NCBI RefSeq assembly: GCF_040938485.1
Contig: NW_027271917.1
Location: 62,001 to 126,000, forward strand
Source: Diadema antillarum
Taxonomy: Eukaryota
Length of the DNA stretch: 64,000 bases
Direction: 5' to 3'
Position 1 is the stretch's first letter. The number at the start of each line of letters is the position of its first letter. Position numbers and translations under genes: made by a program. The notes below the pieces were generated by a model, which worked only from the letters and a program-made list of their open reading frames with translations, was not told the origin of the DNA and did not search any database. This document shows, in pieces, positions 37,871-50,302 of this stretch.

Positions 37871-40800
37871 CACACACTGGTCATAAGATTATCATCTGTG
37901 GCGTTGTCATATTGGTAAGCATTAATCATTTATGACCACTGTCAAGTGGAAATGCACTTCTCTTGTTGACTTTACACTATATCCAGCATATTTTTCCACC
38001 TTCATTTCAAAATACATAGGATGTCACATGGCTTGTGTTAATTCCAAGCATTGCACATGTGAGCGGTTTTTAGGTGAAATGAACATGGTTTTCAATTCTA
38101 TAGGCCTACTATTGGTTTACTGACAGCTTTTACATATATACACTAATTTCAGAATCACTAAATGGACTAATAAATAAACAAATATATATCAAAAAGTAAT
38201 AAATGGTGCAGATTTACTCCAATTCAGCAAAGGCATTGTTTCACGTCTTAGTGATTAACTGCAGAGAGTGTAAAGGTGAGGGTATGTCTTGGAAAAAGAC
38301 ACGAAATCGGTTTGAATAAAAGGAGTTGTAACCCTTCAAGATGTTTTAGACAAGCACTAACAAAAGCTGTTACCTTCAACAACAAATGATAAGCATCAGT
38401 TTGACCAATAATACATTCATCAACACAGGATGCCACGTTGACTGCTTGATTCACAGCTTTAAAGAAAATGAAGAGAAAATATGAGGAACTGATGTAATCC
38501 TTCTCTGCATCTTTCTACATCCTCTTAGAAAGAGAATAAGAAAACAGAAAAGGTTACTTTTTCTTTCACTCTCAGCATATGTAAACCTTTTGAAGTTACA
38601 GAGCTCCAAGGGCATTTCCATAATCATAAATATTTTCGCAGCCATTGACAATTGAGTGGGTTGGGGACTTTTTTTTTTTACCCCCCTGCGCAAAACCTGC
38701 ATTTAGGCTGCATTCATTCCAAAACCATTGCCAAAGCACAGCCACGAGAGGGCGAGGGGAAAATGACTGAAAAAGCCTCTTCTACATGTATGCTCTCTTC
38801 TACAGTAATACACACCCGAACAAAAATAAGAACGGAGGAGAAGACAAAGCCAATGTGTTTGGAATGGAGAGAGTAAAAACTTACTCTTCAGAAATAGACA
38901 CCATCTTTCAAAATAGAAAAAAAAAAGAGAAAATTTCATACATTGCTTTTTTTTGGTGCAATTTCCTTGGCTATCGCTTAATTGCCACAGGTAATGAAAA
39001 GACTCTGCGCACTTCACAAAGGAGATTAGCTTCATGCTCCATCTACGTTTCAGGGGGCGTCATTGTGCCACAGATACGTAGAGGGGGCCATAAAAAAATC
39101 CAGCCTTCAGTCCGGTTGAGTCAAACGAATATACACATCATCCCGAAGAAGGGGGGGAAAATACAGAAGAAGAGGGGATGGAGGAAAAATGGAAGCATAA
39201 AGTATACAAATGGAAGTGGTAACAATACAAGTGTTTTATGGACGACGACTATCAGAGCTAAAATCTAAACAGTGGTATTGTTGGCACAAGAGTGGACAAT
39301 GGCTGACCCTCTGGGCAAAAACAAGAATATGAGTGACAGATTCGGCAAGAGTAGAAATCAATGTCGCACCATCAACAGGGTCGCAAGGAAGAGAATTCTT
39401 AAACTGGGCAAAACAAAAAAGGGGAAAGGATACATTGGCCGGGATATTTTTATCGCAGATAGAAGTGATTGCATTAAATGAAAATGACCATTTCAGTGCT
39501 ACGGGCAGATGAGGAGCATCTTGCGCTGAAGTTATCAAAGCATAATTCTACTCTTAGTTGAAAGAATAGTTCATTCAATTGGGGGAAACAATAATGTTAA
39601 ATGCTTCATTTAAATGAGACAAAAAGTGAAATTTATGGAATTTTGAAGTTAAACCTGTATTACAAAACTCCGATGTTAGCCCCAGTCACACATGCATAGT
39701 AAATGAGGTGAGAGCATTATTACTGTACAACTCTACTATTGCCTTTTACCAAACTTTATATCAAATATCATCTTTATAGTTAATGATTTGGCAAACTAAA
39801 CTCCTTTATCATGAAAAATCATCCTTGCTCTGTCATTTCAAACTCCAGAATAACTTGACACAAATTGACACACTGAAAATGTGAAAGTCTTAAATCTTAT
39901 GATTGTTTTTCTACATTTGTCTGATTTTAGAGAATCTTGATGACTAGTATTTGGCAGGTGTTTGATTTCATCACAGTCCACTTGAACCTGGAGTTGATTT
40001 GCAGTAAAAAAGTACATAAGATGAGTGCCTTTTCCATAAATCTCCTTCTGAAATACAGGCAAAAATATTGGGGCTATCCATCCGCAGAGATGCCAAAAAA
40101 GGGGACAAGAGTTAAAAGGACAAACTAAAGCATACTGTAGAAAATTTACTTATCTGTTTAAAGCAAAATTTGTTGAATCTACTGGGGTAAAACTGAGCTT
40201 CACAATCAGGAAATTTTCCCATATATGCAAATAAATAAGACACACACACACAAAAACCCACCCTCTCGCATTAAAAACTTTCCAAGATGGGTTTGTAAGT
40301 GCCTATGATACACAAATCCAATACTGGCCAGTTGAGAAAAGAAGAAAATGGAGAATCATCCGTAAATGTACAAAAATACTGCAGGTCGCACAACATTGCG
40401 ACATATGCTGGGAAAAACTTTTGAACATGAGCATAGAGTGAAAAATGAGGGTGAGAAATGCAAGACATTACCAAAAGGAAAGAAGGGTGCAGAGGGGGGG
40501 GGGGGGGGGGGTGGAGTCATGAGGGTGTAATTAGAGATGGAAAATTGTTTGATGCCTGGAAGTGCTTGCATTTACAAAGAAGTGGAACAGTGAACGATCA
40601 AAAAACGCGAGCTTTCGTTTGGAGCTATGTATCGACGTACAAAGTAGGAGCAAAACAAAAAATTGCCGCGTGACTTTCATCCCCGTCCAACCCTCGGATA
40701 TTGAGTAAAGGAATTTGTCGCTTATTACGCTAGAAAAGCGGCAAGACACATGACACCGCATCCAATAGCCAACTTATCAATATGCCAGCAATTATTTCAT

Positions 40801-43800
40801 TTGTTGGGTGTAGGGTTTCTCCTCTCGTTATTTGGAGTCTTTCTCCGACGCTCCCGTTCTCTGCTGTGCTTTGAGGGAAATTATATGATCTGCCTTTCTC
40901 TCAGACTCCAGGCATGCTGGGGTTTTAGAAAGATTGATAAACTTAAAGGAAGAGAAAAAAACAGGGGTGGGAATCTTCCTGTTTCTGAACAAGAAATTCT
41001 ACACCTATTTTTTATTATTTCTTTTCTTAGAGATTCTTTCCCCAAATCACCAAGAGAGCTGTTCTAAAAAAAGAAAGAAAAAACAAGAGGATCTTCTGAT
41101 GAACTGGATTTCGAGACTGAATAAGGGAGGAGACGAAGGCTGAGAAAGGCAGCAAATCTGATAAAGTAATGTCTCATCCTCAATTTCCCTCTGTTATAGA
41201 CGGAGCAAAATTATCTGTTTCTCTTTGGGGACTGTCCCCGAGTAGCACTAGTCGGTGAGACATTTGTGTGGTCCAATTCAAGAGAGAGCAAAGGGAGGCG
41301 CACACCGCCACCTCACATGGTGGAGACAGAGAGTGAAGGCATCGCTTTCCTTGGAACTGGGAGACCGGGTCTCCGGAGAGCGGGATGGGTGCCAGTGTCT
41401 GGAGTAAACCTATTCCTCTCCCACCCTCAAACTAGGGCCAGAGATATGACAAATATTGTGACACCGAGGTCTTTGCGTATTTATGAGTGCTCCTCTTGAC
41501 TGGAATGAAAGAGCAACAAGTGTTGCTACAATCCGTGACTAGAATAACTGTTTTTCTTGGATGAAACTGAACGAGGCACTTTGGTGGAGCAGAAAATGTG
41601 TCAACGCAACCGGCGACTTGAAAATGAAAAAAGGGGGAGCCGATGAGAATCGAAGACGAGATAAAAATTTAATGGCATGGGAAAAGAGGTTCGGTGTAAC
41701 AGTGTCCAACCCGTCATCTCCAGTTGCTTCCGAATGAATAATTGAGCGGGGCGCAACGTAAAGAAATCTGTGCTGTGCGGAGAGTCGGACTGGAGAGGGG
41801 AAAAGGAGAAGCCCGCTTGCGAGAATTGCTGTGAGAGCCAATGAAAAGGAAAAAAAAAACCTGACGTACGTAGCGAGAATTGACATGAATTCATGTATAG
41901 GTATCTTATCATCGAGAGAAAAGAGAGATGGGGTAAGAGGAGAGAGAGTTCTTGTCGATGCGGGAGGAGAGAGAAAAACAGCCGAGCTGGAAAGCAGTGT
42001 TCCGCATCAATCGGGGAACACAGAGGGGAGACGTGTATTCGGTGTCAACTGAAGAAAGCATGAACTGCCCTCTTGTAGGAGATTGGATCTCGTGTCAATC
42101 AGAATGGGAGAGGGAGAGAAAATAAATCAAAAGAAAGAAAAAAGAGACAGACCCCTGTTGAATTGGAGATTTTGTCTTCTTCTTACAAATGGGGAAAGGG
42201 GGGAAGAGAAAGAGCCAGCATGACAGACGTCTGTTCAACAAACTGGAACGGCTCAATATATGACAACCTCAGCGACTCTCCAAAATCTAGTGGCACAGAT
42301 ATAATTCAATATTCCCTAACCTCTTCTCCTTCCTTGACGCACGGGCTCGATTCGCGCCAAGCCCTGCACATGAGATGCACGGGTCCGCGGACGGTGCAGA
42401 GCACGATATCTCCATTCTTGGTTTTGATTTTCGGTCTTACGTTTCCGTGTTTTCAATACACGACCAGTCTCTCATAAGCAGCTCTCCGGCAGTTTTTTAG
42501 GCCTTTAATCAGCACACATCTTGCAGAATTCTGTGCCAACATATCCTGTTTGTTCCTAAACCCTTGCCTCCACTGGAAAAAAATCACACAAGTAATAGAA
42601 ATAAAAGTTAAGACAAAATTGAAACCAGCCGATGAAATGTTTTGATGTACTTCTAAAACTGCTTTATGTTATTTCACCTGCTGCATTGATATGACTTTGC
42701 TTTTGACCAAAATCAACACAAACACCAGATGGAGATCTTCACTCGTACTTGTCAAAGATATGTTCATCTAATTTAGTGCATGTTTCACTATCGCCATTAT
42801 GTTGACCAAAATCCAATTTATAGAAACATCAATTTTTTTTTCCCTCTAGTTGATGTAGACGCTTAATTTACTATCTGCTAATCGATTGGTGTAAAAAAGA
42901 CACAAAAGTCCATGAGCCTGACAGACTGCTAATCTGGCTTTGATATCTAACATATTTTTCATTCAAAAAGGAGTAAGTCATTTGTTTAAACTGTGCTCTA
43001 TAATCTATGTGTTTTCAAACTCCAACATCACACATTCTCTCCCTTCAAAATCAATTGATGTAAAATGAACAAACTTTGAAATATATTGCAAAATATTGTA
43101 GTTCTGCAAAACTTGACACAAAACTTTTTACCACAGATCAATAAAACCCCTTTCAGTTATTCATGTAAATAAATACTACCTTTACAACTGAATCGGCAAA
43201 GAGTGTTGTACCATTAAAAATGACTAAAACAGAGTGTAAATTTTAAGCAATTTGCATAGAAACAGAACATAGACAAAGATTCTCCTCTGAGCATCCTTCT
43301 CCCCCCCCCCCCATGTGGCTCTCCCCTACCCATTCAGGTAGACACTTAATCCCTTCCAATTCCATCCCGAACAATTCCTGAGATTTTTAATAAATCAATG
43401 CTCGTGTATAATCTCAGTCCCCATGGACCACACCTACGATAGAGTAAGTGATGTAATGATATACGGACACATGAAGAGTGTGCGGTTACTGTGACGATCC
43501 CATCTCCCATGGACGAGGACATGGTTCTCGCATGCATCATTTTGTTGTCAAAACGACTCCCACTCAATAAATCAGAAACACAACCCCGCCAACATGGATG
43601 GAATAAGACGCTACCATCATCTCAACCATTTCTAGTAAACCATATTTCCTGTCTAGCTTCCCTCCTATCTCTTTCACCCCCTCCCTCCCCCCCCCCCCCC
43701 CATCCTTTTTATTTTTTATTGACATTGTCATCTTGTAGCCCTCGTGACGATTTACAGCTAATCAGACTGCTGATTTCCCGCGAGAAGCATTTCGCCGTTT

Positions 43801-46800
43801 CCCCCGCAAATTTCCAAAATTGTCCACTTACGCTAGCCATACAAGTCTGCAGGCAATTCTTGGGACTGTAAAAGCAAAAAGATATGAGACAATCTTGGAC
43901 ATCTTTCATAAATCATAATCTTGCTCTGGAAGAAACACATTCTGTCCAACATCCAAGGGCCATCCAAATTTGGAACATCATCCCTCGTAAGTCCGTGATT
44001 GACTCGTAGTAACTCAATGACCAAAAAAAAAAAAAAAATGAACGAAATAGAAGAGAAACCTTTTGAGCCATAGTCCTTATTACAGAGAGTTCAATTCAAT
44101 CTGCACAAGTGGGAGAGCCAAGGATGAAACTGAGAAAGAAACAGCGTTCACATTGCCTGAAAATAGTTTGAATCACTTGCCCCCCTAATTTGCGGGATAG
44201 TCTAATGCTATAAAGCGGCTGATACAACCTGACAAGTCAAATGATCCCGGAGGAAAATAATTTTCAAAATCAGATTGACTCCAATTTTGGTCCCCTGTCT
44301 TTGCTTATGAGTAAGACATCGTCTCTACTCAATCTAGTTGCAATAGCTTAGTTCAACAGCCTATTTGGGGAGTTTTTTTTTTACATCATTTGCCTACTCC
44401 TTTTACAGTTACATAGAGAGTACTGACGCGCGCAAGTGATACCGTTTAAAGGGCACCGCCCTCAACAGCTGACGAGCTGAGTTAACAATGATGAGGGAGG
44501 CCATCACAAAACATTTCTGGACTTGGAATAGTTTGAAGAGGTACCTCGCAACCTCGTTGCCGTATCTGCGTGGTATTACACCTATCATCTTTGTTTCCCT
44601 CGTGCGGCTTCCATGTCCATCAATCAATACAGAATTATTTCAACCTCCTGATAACAATTTTAAAATGCACTTCCTGAATGATCACGGATGTTGGTTTTTT
44701 TTCTGCTCGATGGGGCATCAGGGCCGAAATTCATTTTGAAAATCATCACCAGAATGTATCAATTTCAACGAAGATGAACGCTTCCCGTGCTGTACCCAAG
44801 GGCACGCACGCTGCCCGTCCCTTCTCCAACCAGACAGATACAAAGGAAATGCAACAAGGGGAAAATTGTTTCCTTGTGTTGACTGTGTGAAAAACAAATA
44901 TTAAAAGGTTGAGATCTGGCCAATCCCACCATGGGAAGGGGGAGACATCACATGTGATTGATCCAATCCGATAATCATCGCGGCACCTGACGAAAGATGG
45001 CTCGACTTGGAAAACGGCAATCTACCTGCCCCCCCCCACCCCTAACAAATACACACACATTTCTCCTCACACCCACAGAATGCTACGTGGAGATTCTTCT
45101 CCCGACTATTTTTCTTGTTTATCGGCTCCTTTACAACAGGAAATGAGCAGGTTAAACAGGGAGGGAGCTCGAATTTGTGAAATTAATTTGCACAAGCCTG
45201 GCGTTGATGCACGCTTGATAAGGAAATTGTAGGGCTCACGAGTCTCATTATGATATAGCAGACATCGGCAGGGGGAAGAGCCAGATAACTACAGCAGCAC
45301 GCAGAAACAGAAAAATGGAATGCAGAAAAGAATGCACGAATCATCTCCCAATTAAGAAAGCAGACGATGACCTCCCAATCTTCTTCTCTTTTTTTTTTCT
45401 GGTTGGAGAGAAAATTTGGAAGAATGTCAAAGCCAAATTACACCTGTCTGCACCTGTGTACATGACAAATACTGATAGTCTTCTCTCAGTTTATTTCTAC
45501 TTTTCCTACTGAGTATCATTCTGCCAGTACCAGTGACATCACCATTTGGTAATCCCTTTGACACGCTGTACTCATAAAGCATATTGGGTGAAGAAAGGGG
45601 AAAATACGGGGGGCTACACCATTTTTCATAGCCACAATGGCTTCCTATACTTGACGAAGGACTCAAATCCGAACATGTCTGTTTTCCCCTTCCAGGAATA
45701 TCCTGCTCCACTCTGACTTTCTGTTAGCTAATTTTCAACTCAAGCAGGTTTAAGATAAGTCAGTACTGAGGAGTGAGTGGACTGGATCACTGATTCGACA
45801 ATGAATTGAGTTAAAGACTAGATACTGTATTTCCCATCACTGCACTAAGAAGGGACAGCAAATCAGCAAGTCACCTTTTGTTGTCATGGCATGACCCTCG
45901 TCACATCAGAGTGCTGCAAACCAACCCTTGCACGCTGGGCAAGGGCAGCTAAATCTCACCGTCTGGCAAGTAAAAATGAACGGGCACTTGCCAAATTAAT
46001 GTAAAGGAAATATGATAGTTTTCAGGCAAGCAGTACACAATTGCAGCACTCACAGAAAAATATAGAAATTTCCTTCTTGTGTGATATTTAACAGCACCTA
46101 AGCCACTGTAGTGAACTCACCAGTTAGTTTCACGTCCTTTCATTTTCAAGCTACTGTAAGAATTTCATTTTAATTGTACAAAGAATTTATCTGCCACTTT
46201 AGGAATGGACATTCTAAATATTTTCACCATAGTAAGGCCCATCATGCATGACCTGCAGTACAAGTAACAAAAAAAGTGAAATTCCTTTGAAAATTCACGG
46301 TTTATCCATAATCAAACTCCTCCATGGAATTTAATCTTTCTCTTCTCAATCATTACAGAACAAACAAACAAACACAATTTCTCCGCATATTATTCTTTCA
46401 CTAAATACCCTGTCATACTGCATGGCTCCATACTATCCTGTCCCCCCCCCCTTTTTTTGGGGGGGGGGGGGATAATTTTCTCTAAGCAGGAAATCCCTCA
46501 GTCAAATGAATTCTATTCTTTTTGTGGTTGTTCCTAAAATATCCTCCTCTTTTTCTTTCTTTCTTTATCTAAACAAACTTTTGGAGAGCAGATTGACAGC
46601 AATGGGTTAGTTTATGCCAAACAAGATCCCATACAAACTAATTCTACCCCCACCTCAGTCACTTAGCCACAGTAAGCAAGAGGCGCAAGGTTTAATGAAG
46701 TGAGAAAATCTGGGCAATGCAACTTCCACATGATGACTTACAACTGATGCAACAACATACAGTTATGTTTCAGTTTGCGCTGGCACTCTGTAAAAACAGC

Positions 46801-48980
46801 AACTATACGAATTCTATACACCACTGCTATGATTTCATCTGAAACCTTCTGACAAAAAGTATTTGCTTGTGGCAATTGTTCTTGTATAATGCATTCAAAT
46901 AGTCAATGACATTCCTTGCATGATAAAAATAACACAGCTACATCACAAGTCGGCCTTGTCCATATATTTGTAGACATGTTGGTTAACATGACAGATTCAT
47001 AATATCTACTTCAGTATACCATCCCGAGAACTAATCTTAAATCTATTTAAAACCATCTAACTTCTCTAACATCCTGTTCCATTCCCCCTAAATCACACAG
47101 AAACGAAAATCATTAACAAGAGGAGAAATTTTACAAATTGCCGAAATACGAGTTACAAGACTTCAAGGTTTGTTTGTTTAGGTACATATTAGGCTGAAAT
47201 TTATTTGATGACTGTCTACCCACTTATGACATCCAATCTTCATAAAAGCCTCTCAGAAGAAAGGTAGCAGTGCCGTATCCAAGCACTCAATAACAGTGTA
47301 AGCGGAAAACTGGGTTTGAGGACAAGCAAATTGATACCCATTTTCATAATACCTGATTCAGGAGATTATCTCTAATTTGCACAGTACCTTGAGTAGAGAG
47401 AGATAACTGCAAGTCTCAAAAGAAATGAGAGAAAGCATCCACTCTGGAATTGTTTTTTACCCCCGAGGAAGAAACTAGTGAGTATTTCAGAAGCCTGGAG
47501 GCGATACAAGTGCAGAGACACATTCAAACAAGACCACAAAACACGCCAACTTTTCTGACAGGACAAATCAAGAAGAGAGAAGTTTCTTATCCCTCCGTTC
47601 TCAGCCATTGTTGGGATCCAGCGTTTTTGTCATATCGCTATTATAACAGCGCCACAAATATTTATCGGCATTTACTGGCCGATGCCAGGACACAAATCCA
47701 ATACTCCGTGCGTCCACCAACGTGTCAGTGCGAGATTAGACCACGATGATGCACCAATTACGGCGGAGCCTCCCCGGGGACCCTGTCAATTTTTTCGCAA
47801 TAAAATTCATTCCTCGTGATGCTCGGTACCCAAACGTATGAATCACCGAATATGTCTCTCAGAGTTATCATGATTTTCTTTCTGGATTTTATCACTTTCA
47901 TCCCAATATTTTGCCAATTTATCAGAGGTGATTTTTCATGTCGTTCTCTCGCCATCCTCTTCATCCTCCCCTCCTTCTCCATGCCCATCTCACTCCTATC
48001 ACTAACACTGGAGACAGGGAGAGGAGAGAGGGAGAGCCATTCCAGAAGTCATCTCCCGCTCTGAAAATGCAATAAGCAAAATGATGAATCTCATCCTGTA
48101 AATTTGCGAGGTGATTATTGGGAGAAAAAGTGCAACAGGTTTCCAGGATCCACATTGCACATATGTATGTCTCTATTGAAATATCTCTCTCTCTTTCTTA
48201 TATATTTGTGAATACATACTTGTTTGCATGTGCAATGAATTATGTTTCATTTTGCAACAGAAATGTTGCCTTCCAATGCACAAAAATACTGTACTTTCTT
48301 TTAGAGAGAGAATCAATTTATAATGCTTATTTGTGTGTGTGTTTTGTTTCTTTTTATTTCACTGTTGAAAGGACAAGCCTATTAGAGACATTGAAAACAG
48401 AGTGATATTAACATTTTTCAATAATGCAACATCCGTGAAGTAATGAATTATTATACAGAATTGACACAATTTTTTTCGTACATTGTAGCAGAAAACAAGG
48501 CTGTATAAAAAGGCAGCGACAGAATCATAAGCCATATGCTTGGCTTCAATGCACTGCATCCATGGCAAGATGGTCAAGATAGCCAATACCTGTGTCTGTG
48601 TGATCAGCCCAGAAATGACCATAAAGAATAGACAAGGGTTGTGTATTTCCTCCTGATTAAATGTATCAAATCAACTTTTAGCACACCACAGAATTTCCTC
48701 ATTCTAATCACAGCCCACACAAAGGGCCAAGCTCAGGCCGACCTTCTGGCACCAATATGCTGCATGGAATTTTGCATATTGTTTATTCAACACGTTGTTA
48801 CATAACATTTTTTCCCCTCTCTCGCTCTGTCCCATTTCAGGAAGTATGATGAAAAGGGAAGTGCATTTGATTACACAGCACAATACCATTCTGACTGCCT
48901 TATACAAAGTAGTCCAGAAGGTAAGGATCTGTGTTACAGGTTAAATACAGGACAAGAGAAGACAAGGATATTATATTTTT

Positions 48981-48982
<2 letters not shown>

Positions 48983-49015
<33 letters not shown>
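48983..49015. repeat. Poly-G tract (G33), longest of at least 25 G/C runs of 10 nt or more
   Basis: 33 consecutive G counted directly. Confidence 0.95.
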
Positions 49016-49016
<1 letters not shown>

Positions 49017-49366
49017 AGTGGTGAAGACAAGAGGAGTGTGGTGCTAAGCTTTACAAGACAGTCTAAACTTTGAAGCCAGATAGAAACACACAATATTTGC
49101 ATGTATTCACCTTTGGTGTACACACACAGTTTTGTACTACTATTACTATTTCACATCCTATCAACTTTCCTATGTCACGCAAGATCAGATTATATCACTC
49201 TCTGAAAGTATTTCATTCTACAACTTGTAACTCACTGTGATGAAAGTCACAACACTCAAGATTATCACAGGTAAGTTTCGTGTCATTAGGTAAAAAGCTC
49301 TAATTACAGGTTCTAATTAAAGACAGACATGACGTGTTACGTATGGGACAGTTACGTATGGGACAG

Positions 49367-49799
49367 TTTGTCCCCCATTCATTTAGTGTGTGAAGAACCA
49401 TGTTTATGGGTATTTTGCATAATTATTGAAGTAAAATCAGTTGAAACTACTCAAATACTGATCCAGATTGTCAAGGAAACAATATTTCCCAAATATTCAC
49501 CATCCTAATCATATTCAATCATATTTTTATATTTTTATGACCAACCTGAATATGCATGCCCTTTGTCCCCCATTCGTTTAGTGTGTGGAGAGACATGTTT
49601 ATGGGTATTTTGCAAAATAATTTTGCAAAATACCCATAAACAAATTTTTGCATAATTATTGAAATGGAATCAGTTGAAACTACTCAAATACTGATCCTAA
49701 TCCAGATTGACAAGGGAACAATATTCCCCAAATATTTACCATCATAATCATATTTAATCATATTCTATATTTTTATGACCAACCTGAGTATGTATGCCC
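49367..49799. repeat. Two-copy tandem duplication (195 bp + 238 bp)
   Basis: Both copies begin tttgtcccccattc and end tatg(c/t)atgccc, and share long identical blocks such as cagttgaaactactcaaatactgatcc. Copy 2 has an extra palindromic insert. Confidence 0.95.
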
Positions 49800-49944
49800 T
49801 ATTTTTGTCAGGATAGTTACTACCGAAAAATTGAATAGTTTAAAGTGTTTACTTCCATTGATGAAGGGCAGTTTGCCATTTCGTTTCAATAAAAAACAAC
49901 TTGACACAGGAAATATTAATTTTTATAAATAAGCAATACCTGCT

Positions 49945-50112
49945 GCGTGGAACCCCAGTGATTGAGTAGATATATGATGTCTGTCTAGCAGTCAGGTCAT
50001 TGATTCGAGTCACACCTCAGTATGTACATGTATACCCATGAATTTTGTCGTGGCTATTATTGAAACCTGAATAAGGACAATTTGTGTATCACTTGCAATA
50101 AAAAAAAAAAAA
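49945..50112 (+). mobile_element. Possible degenerate tRNA-derived SINE nested in the composite element
   Basis: agtgattgag (A-box-like) and gattcgagtc (B-box-like) at tRNA-like spacing, with an A-rich tail aataaaaaaaaaaaaa at ~50096-50112. Highly degenerate. Confidence 0.3.
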
Positions 50113-50139
50113 TCATTTTACTTTATATTCTGTTTAAAT

Positions 50140-50302
50140 ATTTATATCACAACCATTTCAACTTGGATCTCCATCACTAAACTTTGAATTCCTCTAGTCT
50201 TAGGATTGTATGCTCTTTAGTAATTCATATAATTGGTTTCCAATCATCTCATTAAATGTTGAAAACTGAATCCCCATTTCTACAAAAAACTATACCATCC
50301 CT
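50140..50302. mobile_element. 3' fragment of a TTAA-type (Kolobok-like) MITE, related to 52701-53082
   Basis: Ends actataccatccct|TTAA. Shares the exact 18-mer taaactttgaattcctct (50178-50195 vs 52963-52980) at nearly the same distance from the terminus. Confidence 0.6.

Noticed and set aside
42441-42475. ATG plus GTAAGA donor as spalt exon 1 (MRDWSCIENTE)
   Set aside because: Phase 2, so out of frame with the main exon, and it lacks the MSRRKQ motif.
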